Positions 17,690 to 27,112 of a DNA stretch of 64,000 nucleotides are shown piece after piece. Origin of the DNA: Bacteroidia bacterium (GTDB lineage Bacteria; Bacteroidota; Bacteroidia; JABEUT01); contig JBKQUY010000034.1 of assembly GCA_052325425.1 (NCBI GenBank), positions 25 through 64,024 on the forward strand. The letters run 5' to 3'. Numbering within the stretch: position 1 is the first letter of the stretch; the number at the start of each line of letters is the position of its first letter. Both the position numbers and the translations under genes were made by a program. The notes below the pieces were generated by a model. It searched no databases, was not told the origin of the DNA, and was given only the letters and a program-made list of their open reading frames with translations.

Positions 17690-18451
17690 ATGAAGATTAC
17701 TTTCCTGGGCACCGGCACATCGCAAGGGGTACCTGTAATAGGTTGCCGGTGTGAAGTCTGTTTGTCCAATGATTTAAAGGATAAAAGGCTTCGTTCTTCC
17801 GTTATGATTGAAAACAATGGGCAGACTTTTGTTATTGATACCGGTCCTGATTTCAGGGAACAAATGCTCAGGGAGAATGTAAAACGCATTGATGCCGTTT
17901 TATATACACACGAACACAGGGACCATATAGGTGGCCTCGATGATATCCGCGGTTTCAACTATGTGATGGGGCAGGCAATAGATGTTTATGCCGACACAAA
18001 TGTGGAGAATGCCATCAGGAAAATGTATCCTTATATATTTTCAGATGTAAAGTACCCGGGCATTCCTGAAATTAAAATTCATGAGGTAAACGGCGAGCCA
18101 TTCTCTATCGGCAGAACTAAATTTTTGCCTGTAAGGGTTATGCATTACAGGTTGCCTATCTGGGGCTACCGTATTGGAGGCTTTACTTATATAACCGATG
18201 CCAATTTTATTCCGGTTGAGGAAAAGGAAAAAATAAAAGGTTCGGAAATATTGGTGCTTAACGCGTTGAGAAGGGAAAAGCACATTTCGCACTTTACGTT
18301 AGAGGAAGCCATTAATGTTGCCGCTGAACTGGATGTCAAAAAAGTTTATTTTACCCATGTCAGCCACCAGTTGGGCAAACATGCCGATGTAGAAAAAGAA
18401 TTGCCGGAAGGCATGCACCTTGCATACGACAGGCAAATAGTGGAATTATAA
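17690..18451 (+). CDS. MBL-fold metallo-hydrolase (PhnP/ElaC-like)
   Basis: 253 aa with HxHxDH motif YTHEHRDHIGG and further metal-binding His/Asp blocks. Confidence 0.75.
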   Translation: MKITFLGTGTSQGVPVIGCRCEVCLSNDLKDKRLRSSVMIENNGQTFVIDTGPDFREQMLRENVKRIDAVLYTHEHRDHIGGLDDIRGFNYVMGQAIDVYADTNVENAIRKMYPYIFSDVKYPGIPEIKIHEVNGEPFSIGRTKFLPVRVMHYRLPIWGYRIGGFTYITDANFIPVEEKEKIKGSEILVLNALRREKHISHFTLEEAINVAAELDVKKVYFTHVSHQLGKHADVEKELPEGMHLAYDRQIVEL

Positions 18452-18453
18452 TA

Positions 18454-21207
18454 CTATCTGAGTATCTGAACAAACCCTTTTAATACAACAGGCTTTATAC
18501 CATCAACATGTATTTCGTTCACCACACAGACATAGTAATAAACACCGTCAGGGCATTGCCCGTGGGTGGTTTGGTCGGTGCCATCCCAGTTAATCATGGG
18601 GTTATTGGTATGGAACATTAGCTGCCCCCACCGGTTGAAAATATTTATATCAATGCTTTGAATATACCTGTATGGCAATATGGGAGTAAAAATATTATTA
18701 ACTCCATTGCCGCCAATAGGGGTAAATACGTTGGGTAACTGGTACTGCGGGCAGTTATCCACGCAAACAGGAACTATAGCGCTTTGGTTACCAAAAGAAT
18801 CAACTGCTGTAACCGCATAGCAGCCTGCGATGGAAGTTAAGCTGTCGTTCACGAATATTGTATCGTTAACATTATAAATGGTCTTAATAAGCTGCATATC
18901 ACCTCCCTGTGTAGGTGAATAGTAGATATTATACTGAAGAATATCGTTATAAATACCATTGCAGAAATGGTCGGGGTTATTCCAAACCAGGGAATCCTCG
19001 AAAGTATTACACTTGGGTGAAACAGCAAGATGCGGCGGGCAGGGAGGTACAGTATCTTTTGGCGCCATACATATTATTTCAGAAGAATCATAAAGCGGAC
19101 GCAAAACAGTAGTATCGGCATAATGACTTACCGATTTTACATAATAACAAATGGTAGTATCATTGGTAAGGTTGCTATCGGTATAGTTCTGTATAGAACC
19201 AGGTACTGTTGCCAAATAACTGAAAGCAGGTGCATGCGGTCCCCTGCGGTATATCATAAAAGCCGAATCGGCCCAGGGTACGTTATAAACCCATGATAAT
19301 TTTATTACCTGGTCACCGGGTTTGGCTGAGAGAAAAATAGAGGATGAGGGAGGCGCTGCTCCAAACGATACCGTATCGCAAAAGAAATTAAGCCTGTACT
19401 TATAAATGTCAGATTGGGTATTTAACCCCGCATCCATAATTGTGGTATCAATTGCAGGTTTAAAGTAAGGGGTTGTAATTGAAAAAACCTGTGTGGAGAA
19501 ATTTGTGTTATTAATCCCGGTATCCCTCCATAAGGTGTAAGTATATGGGCCGGGATATGCATTAGTATCAAGATAACCACTATTGGCATTGGGTTTCATC
19601 CAGCGTACAAAAATCTTTCCATTACTTGCGTCGGTATTGTCAACACTTACATTGGTTATCAACGGAACATTCCGCTTTGCCAATACGCAGGTATCATTCG
19701 ATGCAATACTATATGCGGTATTGCCGGAAACAGATGAAGCTGCAACTACAAGGTAACTGTAGCTGACACCCGGAACAACAGTATTATCACCAAATGATGT
19801 ATTATTTAAACCTATATTGGTTCCAATTTTAACATATCCCGAAGATGCAGGCACACCTGTTTCACAAGGGCCGGGAACAAATTTAACACAGCCTGTTGCC
19901 CTGTATATATAATAAATGTTATCTAGCGGACAAATACTGGGGTCCCATGTCAATTGAACAGTACTCCCAAGAACATTGGCTTTAAGATTAGTCGGTGCAG
20001 GTGCAATCACGTGAATCGTGGTAGTTGTATAGGAGCTCAAAGGCGGGTAGTTTGAATAGTTATTTGGGGGAACTATCAGGCAAGAAGGGCAATCACCTGG
20101 GTCATATACCTTTACGGTAACATAATATGGAGCGCTCCTTACATCAGAGCAATTGGTTTGCCAGGAATAAGTTCCCTTTACAGTGTGCTCAGCAGGAGTA
20201 CTTACAAAAGTAGCGGGAGGGCTAAGCGAATCAGGCTCACCCTCGGCTGTCATAGTCAATACATAATTATCAGTGTCAGTAGCTGTGTAATAAAGTTTCA
20301 GTAAATCACCGGCAACAACACAGGTGTCATTAACACCGGTAATTTTGGGGTCATGGGTTGTACAATTTGAATTAACCACAACCGACAATTCAACCTCCAT
20401 AGTATCTACACATCTTGCAAATGTTGTTCCATTCCAGGTTACATGCTTATACGAAGTAAGCAGTATAGAGAAATTATATATACCATCTGTAGTAGGATTA
20501 CACCAGCTCAGCGTACCTGTTACCGGGTCAATAGCAGCACCGGCGGGAATGTAATATTGCGGGGCCTCAAGACCACCCAAAACGAGGCAATTACCAAGAG
20601 AATATGATATACTATCCCCTGTGGGAGAATAGGCACCCAGGTTATAATAATAGCATTGGCCTGTACAGGCGTATTCGCATGCTAAAGGATTGGTTATTAC
20701 AGGAGAGGATACATCTGCCCCCACGAAAGGGTCAATATTAAGCGCGGTAAAGATATAAAAATCAACAGTTGATGAATTAGTACCACCAGTAGCAATATTA
20801 TTAATATTGGCCATGCGGTCAGCGTCGTCAATCCAGATATGGTATGTGGCGCTTGCCCCGGGGAAATTATATCCTGCCGGCCCGGTGGTATAAATATTAA
20901 CTTTACGGCATGAACATATTGAATCGCCGGTAGGGAATCCATACTGGTCGGTAACATTTCCATTGGAACGCAAAAGCATGATGGAATCTCCGTCGCCAAA
21001 ATGAATACGCATGGTGTCCCTGTCAGCCTGGGCACAGTAATCAGTTACATCTATGTCTCCATTGGTATAATTTACGAGGGTAATAATATAGTTTCTGGGC
21101 CCTTGTGACGGATTGTACTTAAACATAATATACCCTGAAACCTGGTGAGATGCATCAGCAAGCAGTGGTATAATTAATAAAAGAAATATCCTGAATAATT
21201 TTCTCAC
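18454..21207 (-). CDS. Large secreted surface protein with Fn3-like modules and a T9SS type-B (gliding-motility-associated, TIGR04131-like) C-terminal domain
   Basis: 917 aa with a signal peptide. The C-terminus LPNVFTPIGGNGVNNIF...IFNRWGQLMF...WDGT...DGVYYYVCVV...KGFVQILR matches the type-B CTD pattern (PN.FTPNGDG.ND.F...NRWG..V....GWDG......G.Y.Y......KG.V.L.R). Confidence 0.7.
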   Translation of the reverse strand: MRKLFRIFLLLIIPLLADASHQVSGYIMFKYNPSQGPRNYIITLVNYTNGDIDVTDYCAQADRDTMRIHFGDGDSIMLLRSNGNVTDQYGFPTGDSICSCRKVNIYTTGPAGYNFPGASATYHIWIDDADRMANINNIATGGTNSSTVDFYIFTALNIDPFVGADVSSPVITNPLACEYACTGQCYYYNLGAYSPTGDSISYSLGNCLVLGGLEAPQYYIPAGAAIDPVTGTLSWCNPTTDGIYNFSILLTSYKHVTWNGTTFARCVDTMEVELSVVVNSNCTTHDPKITGVNDTCVVAGDLLKLYYTATDTDNYVLTMTAEGEPDSLSPPATFVSTPAEHTVKGTYSWQTNCSDVRSAPYYVTVKVYDPGDCPSCLIVPPNNYSNYPPLSSYTTTTIHVIAPAPTNLKANVLGSTVQLTWDPSICPLDNIYYIYRATGCVKFVPGPCETGVPASSGYVKIGTNIGLNNTSFGDNTVVPGVSYSYLVVAASSVSGNTAYSIASNDTCVLAKRNVPLITNVSVDNTDASNGKIFVRWMKPNANSGYLDTNAYPGPYTYTLWRDTGINNTNFSTQVFSITTPYFKPAIDTTIMDAGLNTQSDIYKYRLNFFCDTVSFGAAPPSSSIFLSAKPGDQVIKLSWVYNVPWADSAFMIYRRGPHAPAFSYLATVPGSIQNYTDSNLTNDTTICYYVKSVSHYADTTVLRPLYDSSEIICMAPKDTVPPCPPHLAVSPKCNTFEDSLVWNNPDHFCNGIYNDILQYNIYYSPTQGGDMQLIKTIYNVNDTIFVNDSLTSIAGCYAVTAVDSFGNQSAIVPVCVDNCPQYQLPNVFTPIGGNGVNNIFTPILPYRYIQSIDINIFNRWGQLMFHTNNPMINWDGTDQTTHGQCPDGVYYYVCVVNEIHVDGIKPVVLKGFVQILR

Positions 21208-21316
21208 AGCAATACACTATATGCCATATATTGTTACTTAGACTATGCCAACAAGAAAAAGTTAAAAATTGTTTTAAGATTTTTCAGGGAGGCGGATTAA
21301 GTCAACAATTAACCGG

Positions 21317-21523
21317 CTATTTTATCTGCCCCTGGGTGGTATCCTCTTTTTTATTCGAAGTATCAGTCTCGGAATTGCCTTTGGAGGCGTCTTTAAACTC
21401 TTTTATTCCCTGGCCAAGCCCGCGCATAAGTTCAGGTATTTTTTTACCGCCGAAAAACACCAATACTATTGCAAGTATCAAAATAATTTCACCCGGCTTT
21501 ACTGCATCTAAAAAAAGTAGCAT
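21317..21523 (-). CDS. tatA: Twin-arginine translocase subunit TatA/E
   Basis: 68 aa. TM helix followed by an amphipathic helix: [34 protein letters not shown]. Confidence 0.85.
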   Translation of the reverse strand: MLLFLDAVKPGEIILILAIVLVFFGGKKIPELMRGLGQGIKEFKDASKGNSETDTSNKKEDTTQGQIK

Positions 21524-21583
21524 GATATATTAATTTAAAATTACCCCAAAGATAATCAATTTCAACGAAACTGCCGTTAGAAT

Positions 21584-21773
21584 ATAGTTATGAGTTATAA
21601 ATTATGAGTTATGAGTGAAATACGAATAGGGGATTTATTTCATCATCAAATTATCAAATCACCAACGGCTTAGCCTTCATGACCTCCAAAAATAATACAC
21701 AATTCACGAATAAATTATCAAATTGCTTTCCACCATCATCAAATCACCAAATTATCAAATCACCAAATCATTA
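21584..21773. repeat. Intergenic short direct repeats, units TTATGAGTTAT and ATCAAATCACCAA(ATT)
   Basis: ATAGTTATGAGTTATAAATTATGAGTTATGAGTG at 21584-21617. CATCATCAAATTATCAAATCACCAA at 21642-21666, again expanded at 21734-21773. All lie in the divergent tatA / methyltransferase-GT2 promoter region. A related inverted copy occurs at 37176-37215. Confidence 0.4.
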
Positions 21774-21813
21774 AGGAATATCACTATTTTTACGGGCAAT
21801 TTTACCTAAAAGA

Positions 21814-23250
21814 GTGGAAACAACTGATAAAAACAGGCTGGATTATTTTGAAAAACAGGCCCAAACACGGGTAAGAAGCAGGAAAAGGCATTCCTATTAC
21901 TGGAATGACATTACTTATTTCTGCAATTACTTTGCCCATGAAGAACTCTCAGTGCTTGAAATTGGTTGCGGGACGGGGGAACTGTTAAATAAAATAAAAG
22001 GCAGGCGCAAAGTCGGCATTGATTTCAGCCCGGCCATGATTGAGATTGCAAAAAAACAATTTCCTGCAGGGGTTGAATTTCACTGCATGGCTGCGGAAAA
22101 TATTACTCTTTCAGAGAAATTCGACCTCATAATCCTTTCTAATCTTATAGGCCACCTTGAAGATGTGCAAAAAGTTCTGGAGTTATTACATAAACTTTGC
22201 CATGAACGTACAAAAGTGATTGTTACTTACCATAATTACTTATGGGAACCTTTATTAAAACTGGCTGAAGCACTGAGGCTTAAAACCCCCACGCATAACC
22301 TTAATTGGTTGAGTATGAATGATTTGAACAACCTTCTTTATATTTCAGGCTTTGATGTTTACAGAAGCACCCGGAGGATGCTCATGCCATTTAATATTCC
22401 GCTTATAGCCCCGCTTTTCAACAGGTATATTGCCAAGTTGCCGTTTTTCAGGCACTTTTGCATAAACCAGTTTGCATTTGCAAAAATTTTGCCAGATAAT
22501 AATATAGGGGCGATTCATGAATCGCTCTTACCATCGGTTTCGGTTGTTATACCTGCCCGGAATGAAAGCGGAAATATTGAAAACGCGATTAAGCGCCTAC
22601 CCAAATTAGGTAGCCATACCGAAATTATTTTTATTGAAGGAAACTCGACTGATGATACCTGGGATGTTATTCAAAAAGTTCAGCAAAAATATTCAGGCGA
22701 ACATGATATTAAAACAGGCAGGCAAAAGGGCAAAGGAAAAGGCGACGCGGTGCGGGTTGGGTTTGATATGGCTACCTGCGACATATTGATGATATTGGAT
22801 GCCGACCTTACCGTTCCTCCTGAAGACCTGGTTAAATTTTATAACGCGATAGCATCGGGAAAGGGCGATTTTATTAATGGGTCGCGCCTGGTCTATCCTA
22901 TGGATAAACAGGCCATGCGTTTTCTGAATTTGCTGGGCAATAAATTTTTCAGCCTTGCTTTTACCTGGCTTCTTGACAGGCCTTTTAAAGATACATTATG
23001 CGGCACTAAAGTTATTTTCCGTGACGATTATAACCGCCTGAAACGCAACAGGGCATTTTTTGGCGAGTTTGACCCTTTCGGCGATTACGACCTGCTTTTT
23101 GGAGCCCATAAACTGAACCTTAAAATGGTTGAAGTGCCTATTCGTTACAAAGAAAGGACTTATGGCACCACTAATATATCGCGGTTTAAACACGGATTTT
23201 TATTATTGCGTATGTGCGCTTTTGCTGCCCGTAAGATAAAGTTCATATAG
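21814..23250 (+). CDS. Fused class I SAM-dependent methyltransferase / family-2 glycosyltransferase (dolichol-phosphate-mannose-synthase-like)
   Basis: The N-terminal half has methyltransferase motif I LEIGCGTGELL. The C-terminal half has the GT2 block SVVIPARNESGNIENAI...DADLTVPPEDL. Confidence 0.7.
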   Translation: METTDKNRLDYFEKQAQTRVRSRKRHSYYWNDITYFCNYFAHEELSVLEIGCGTGELLNKIKGRRKVGIDFSPAMIEIAKKQFPAGVEFHCMAAENITLSEKFDLIILSNLIGHLEDVQKVLELLHKLCHERTKVIVTYHNYLWEPLLKLAEALRLKTPTHNLNWLSMNDLNNLLYISGFDVYRSTRRMLMPFNIPLIAPLFNRYIAKLPFFRHFCINQFAFAKILPDNNIGAIHESLLPSVSVVIPARNESGNIENAIKRLPKLGSHTEIIFIEGNSTDDTWDVIQKVQQKYSGEHDIKTGRQKGKGKGDAVRVGFDMATCDILMILDADLTVPPEDLVKFYNAIASGKGDFINGSRLVYPMDKQAMRFLNLLGNKFFSLAFTWLLDRPFKDTLCGTKVIFRDDYNRLKRNRAFFGEFDPFGDYDLLFGAHKLNLKMVEVPIRYKERTYGTTNISRFKHGFLLLRMCAFAARKIKFI

Positions 23251-23254
23251 TAAC

Positions 23255-24613
23255 ATGGCTAAAACCAGAACATCATTCTTCTGTCAAAATTGCGGCGCGC
23301 AATCGGCAAAATGGATCGGCAAATGCCCCAATTGCGGGGAGTGGAACACTTACGTGGAAGAAGTAATTCAGAAAGAAACCGCCCAAAGCAAGCAAGCCTA
23401 TACCGTTACTTCGGACAGGCCTCATCTTATTTCTGATATTGTACCGGGTAACACGCTGCGTTTCCCTTTACCTGATGTTGAATTGAACAGGGTATTGGGC
23501 GGAGGATTGGTTCAGGGTTCACTTGTATTATTCGGAGGAGAGCCGGGTATCGGTAAATCTACATTGCTATTGCAGGTGGCGCTTTCAGCAGGCAATTTAA
23601 AAGTACTTTATGTATCGGGTGAAGAGAGCCAGGAACAATTGCGCATGCGCGCCGAACGGATAGGCATCCATAACAAGAATTGCTATATACTTACCGAAAC
23701 CACCATTCAAAATATTTTCCAGCATGTTGAACAATTGAAACCACAATTGCTGGTAATTGATTCCATACAAACGCTCTATACAAGTTTAATTGATTCGGCA
23801 CCGGGCAGCATATCTCAAATACGGCAATGCACGGCTGATCTTTTGCGGTATGCCAAAACAAGCCAGGTACCGGTCTTTATTATAGGCCATATTACCAAGG
23901 ATGGTTCCATAGCCGGGCCAAAGGTTCTGGAGCACATGGTTGATACCGTATTGCAGTTTGAAGGAGATACGCATCACATTTACAGGTTATTGCGCACCAC
24001 AAAAAACCGTTTCGGTTCAACCAATGAATTAGGTATTTACGAAATGACAGGCAGCGGTCTTCGGGAAGTAAGTAACCCTTCCGAGGTGCTTATTACGGCA
24101 AGGGAAGAGCCGGTAAGCGGGGTCGCAATTGCCGCTATAACAGAAGGCGTAAGGCCACTGATGATTGAAACGCAGGCATTGGTGAGCACTGCCGCTTACG
24201 GCACACCGCAGCGTTCATCTACAGGTTATGATTTGCGCCGCCTCTCTATGTTGCTCGCCGTATTGGAAAAACGATGCGGCTTCCGGCTGGCATCAAAAGA
24301 TGTGTTTTTAAATATTGCCGGGGGCATTAAAGTAGAAGACCCTGCAACTGACCTGGCTATTGTTACAGCTATACTATCATCGGGTGAAGAGGTGCCTGTT
24401 TCTCCCCGTTATTGTTTTGCCGGTGAAATTGGCCTTTCGGGCGAAATACGCCCGGTAAACCGTATTGACCAGCGTATATCGGAAGCTGAAAAAATGGGAT
24501 TTGAGCAGATATTTATTTCACGATACAATAAAAAAGAAATACCTAAAAATACCCGGATAAAAATCCAGACGGTCGGTAAAATGGAAGAATTTTTCTCAAG
24601 GTTGTTTGCCTAA
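23255..24613 (+). CDS. radA: DNA repair protein RadA/Sms
   Basis: C4 zinc ribbon CQNCGAQSAKWIGKCPNCGEW, Walker A GGEPGIGKSTLLLQ, KNRFG motif and Lon-like C-terminal domain. Confidence 0.95.
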   Translation: MAKTRTSFFCQNCGAQSAKWIGKCPNCGEWNTYVEEVIQKETAQSKQAYTVTSDRPHLISDIVPGNTLRFPLPDVELNRVLGGGLVQGSLVLFGGEPGIGKSTLLLQVALSAGNLKVLYVSGEESQEQLRMRAERIGIHNKNCYILTETTIQNIFQHVEQLKPQLLVIDSIQTLYTSLIDSAPGSISQIRQCTADLLRYAKTSQVPVFIIGHITKDGSIAGPKVLEHMVDTVLQFEGDTHHIYRLLRTTKNRFGSTNELGIYEMTGSGLREVSNPSEVLITAREEPVSGVAIAAITEGVRPLMIETQALVSTAAYGTPQRSSTGYDLRRLSMLLAVLEKRCGFRLASKDVFLNIAGGIKVEDPATDLAIVTAILSSGEEVPVSPRYCFAGEIGLSGEIRPVNRIDQRISEAEKMGFEQIFISRYNKKEIPKNTRIKIQTVGKMEEFFSRLFA

Positions 24614-24658
24614 ATTATATTACAATAGTTGCTTAAGGATTAACTTTGCTCCCAATTC

Positions 24659-25333
24659 ATGGAATATATTAAGCAGATAAGCCCTTATTTTCGTTTTCCA
24701 TCAACTGAACATTGGATAACGATACTTCTTTTTTTATGTATATTACTATTTACATGGGTTAAAGTTGCCTATCCCAAAAAGGTATCATTGCTGTTCCGCG
24801 ATGTTTTTACAGCGACTTTGCCCGAAGACGATGGAGGCATAAACCCGGCATCTATCGGACTGTTCATTATTTTTATCTGTACTTCGGCAGTACTGGCTAC
24901 GCATTTAATGCAACTTTACGGCATACGCCTGAACACTAACTCTGAAAAGGAATTTACCGTGCTGGCTGTTGCACTGTTTATTATTTACCTTGCAAAAACG
25001 CTGGTAATTTTTTTTTCGGGCTTTGTTTTTGAGCAGGAAGAGAGCGCCTGGGAATACCTGTCGGAAATATATATTTTCGCGCATTTTCTGGGTATAATAA
25101 TGTTGCCTGTGGCGCTATTGGTTACATATACTCCTGCAATTGACAGCCGGAGGGTTTTAGAGGCTGTTTTTATAGGCATTGGACTGCTGTTTGTTTACCG
25201 CACGATAAAAATGTTCATCCTTATGACTAACAAAGGTTTAAACATGATATACTTATTTTTGTATATTTGCAGCCTTGAAATTTTACCTTTTGCCCTGTTG
25301 GTTAAATATGCGAAAATGAGTCTTGGTATATAA
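24659..25333 (+). CDS. DUF4271-like polytopic membrane protein
   Basis: 224 aa with about 6 TM segments. It is immediately upstream of a hemD-like gene, the usual Bacteroidota context for DUF4271. Confidence 0.5.
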   Translation: MEYIKQISPYFRFPSTEHWITILLFLCILLFTWVKVAYPKKVSLLFRDVFTATLPEDDGGINPASIGLFIIFICTSAVLATHLMQLYGIRLNTNSEKEFTVLAVALFIIYLAKTLVIFFSGFVFEQEESAWEYLSEIYIFAHFLGIIMLPVALLVTYTPAIDSRRVLEAVFIGIGLLFVYRTIKMFILMTNKGLNMIYLFLYICSLEILPFALLVKYAKMSLGI

Positions 25334-25354
25334 GGTAAGTAGAACCCGTATGGA

Positions 25355-26485
25355 ATGAAAATAAAAAGAATACTCATATCGCAGCCCCGGCCCGAAATTG
25401 AACGTTCCCCCTATTTTGAAATAGCGAGGAACTTTAATGTCGAGGTTGATTTCAGGCCATTTATACAGATAGAAGGCATTCCGGCCAAGGAATTTCGTAA
25501 AAACCGTATTGATGTCCTTTCCTATACGGCTGTAATAATGACCAGTAAAAACGCAGTTGACAATTACTTCAGAATTTGTAATGAAATGCGCGTTATCGTC
25601 CCTGAAACAATGAAATATTTCTGTATTTCAGAGGCAACTGCCTATTACCTGCAAAAGTATATCCAGTTCAGGAAAAGGAAAATATTCTTCAGTAATTTTT
25701 CGTTCGCCGATTTGGTTGAGATAATCAAGAAGAAGCATAAGGAGGAAAAATTTTTATTGCCTTGTACAGATATGCCCAATGATGAATATACTGATTTACT
25801 TGATAAGGAAGGTATTCGTTATGTGAAAGCTCCGTTATACAGGGCAATTTACAGTAACCTGACCGATATAAATTTCTCAGAATATGATTTACTGGTGCTT
25901 TTCAGTTCGGCAGGCATTACCTCATTACTGAATAATTTCCCCGATTTTAAACAGAATAATACGCTGATAGCCGCATTCGGAGAACAAACAGCTAAAGCGG
26001 TTATACAGGCAGGCCTTAAACTTCATATTCATGCCCCTCAGCCCCAGGCGCCTTCAATGGCAATGGCTTTGGAACAGTTTTTAAAGGGAGAAAAGAATGA
26101 AAAGCAATGGCAGCCCGTCAGCCTTTCCCTTAAGAATATTGAAGAAATGGCCCCTGAAAAGAAGCTTCCTCCCAAAAGAAATGCCAGGGCCCCTAAGCCT
26201 AAAGAAACTGCTGTTTCAGTTGCCGAAAAGAAAATTATTGCCGCGAAACCATCACACCCCTTGTCATCCAAGGGAAATGGATATATAGCCCCTAAGCAGA
26301 AACCTACCCAGAAGGCTGATCCCCGCCCAAAAAAGGTAGCAAAGCCGATAGCAAAAAAAGCGGTAAAGCCTAAAACGAAAGAAAAGAAGAGACCTGCAAA
26401 AGCGAATAAGCCAAAACCTGTTTCAGTCAGGGCAAAAAACCGGAACTCAGGAAAAAAGGCTAAACAGGCAAAACGTAAAAGATAG
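25355..26485 (+). CDS. Uroporphyrinogen-III synthase (HEM4)-family protein with an approx. 120-aa Lys/Ala/Pro-rich histone-H1-like C-terminal tail
   Basis: The first approx. 250 aa carry the HemD-like two-lobe pattern (ILISQPRPE...VLSYTAVIMTSKNAV...LLVLFSSAGI). The tail KKVAKPIAKKAVKPKTKEKKRPAKANKPKPVSVRAKNRNSGKKAKQAKRKR is a low-complexity polycation. Confidence 0.55.
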   Translation: MKIKRILISQPRPEIERSPYFEIARNFNVEVDFRPFIQIEGIPAKEFRKNRIDVLSYTAVIMTSKNAVDNYFRICNEMRVIVPETMKYFCISEATAYYLQKYIQFRKRKIFFSNFSFADLVEIIKKKHKEEKFLLPCTDMPNDEYTDLLDKEGIRYVKAPLYRAIYSNLTDINFSEYDLLVLFSSAGITSLLNNFPDFKQNNTLIAAFGEQTAKAVIQAGLKLHIHAPQPQAPSMAMALEQFLKGEKNEKQWQPVSLSLKNIEEMAPEKKLPPKRNARAPKPKETAVSVAEKKIIAAKPSHPLSSKGNGYIAPKQKPTQKADPRPKKVAKPIAKKAVKPKTKEKKRPAKANKPKPVSVRAKNRNSGKKAKQAKRKR

Positions 26486-26496
26486 TCCCCCTTTTT

Positions 26497-26898
26497 ATGG
26501 TAAGCAATTCGCGCAGGCAAACCCTGCCAAAAACTCAGCGCCTTTATGAGAAGAAAGCTATTGAAACACTTTTCGAAAAAGGGAAAACAATAACCAATGT
26601 TCCTGTCCGCTTAATATGGAGTGTTTTTGAAGGAAAGCCTGAGATACCCGTAAAAGTGGCATTTGCTGTTCCAAAAAGAAATTTTAAACGGGCTGTTGAC
26701 CGCAACCTGCTTAAAAGAAGAATGCGCGAAGCGTACCGGAAAAATAAATATATTATCTATGAACCGGCAGAAATGGGAATAATATATTACCATCTGATGT
26801 TCGTTTACATAAGTAAAAATAAGCAGTCTTATCGCGAAATAGAAACTAAAATTGTGTTAACTTTACAACGCGTAGCAGATAAAATCAATGGCAAGTAA
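26497..26898 (+). CDS. rnpA: Ribonuclease P protein component
   Basis: 133 aa. Basic motif [12 protein letters not shown]. Next to yidD, as in many bacteria. Confidence 0.85.
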   Translation: MVSNSRRQTLPKTQRLYEKKAIETLFEKGKTITNVPVRLIWSVFEGKPEIPVKVAFAVPKRNFKRAVDRNLLKRRMREAYRKNKYIIYEPAEMGIIYYHLMFVYISKNKQSYREIETKIVLTLQRVADKINGK

Positions 26899-27103
26899 GT
26901 TTTTAATCTTTTTGGTAAAGTTATACCAGGGCCTCATTTCGCCCTGGCTCATGCCTGCATGTCGTTTTACACCCACCTGTTCCCAGTATGGTATTGAAGC
27001 TTTAAAAAAATATGGTTTCCGGAAAGGCGGCTATTTAACCCTTAAGCGATTTCTTTCCTGCCATCCCTTTAGCCATAAACATGGTTACGACCCAGTACCT
27101 TAA
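26888..27103 (+). CDS. yidD: Membrane protein insertion efficiency factor YidD
   Basis: 71 aa. [31 protein letters not shown] signature. Confidence 0.9.
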   Translation: MASKFLIFLVKLYQGLISPWLMPACRFTPTCSQYGIEALKKYGFRKGGYLTLKRFLSCHPFSHKHGYDPVP

Positions 27104-27112
27104 TAATTTACA

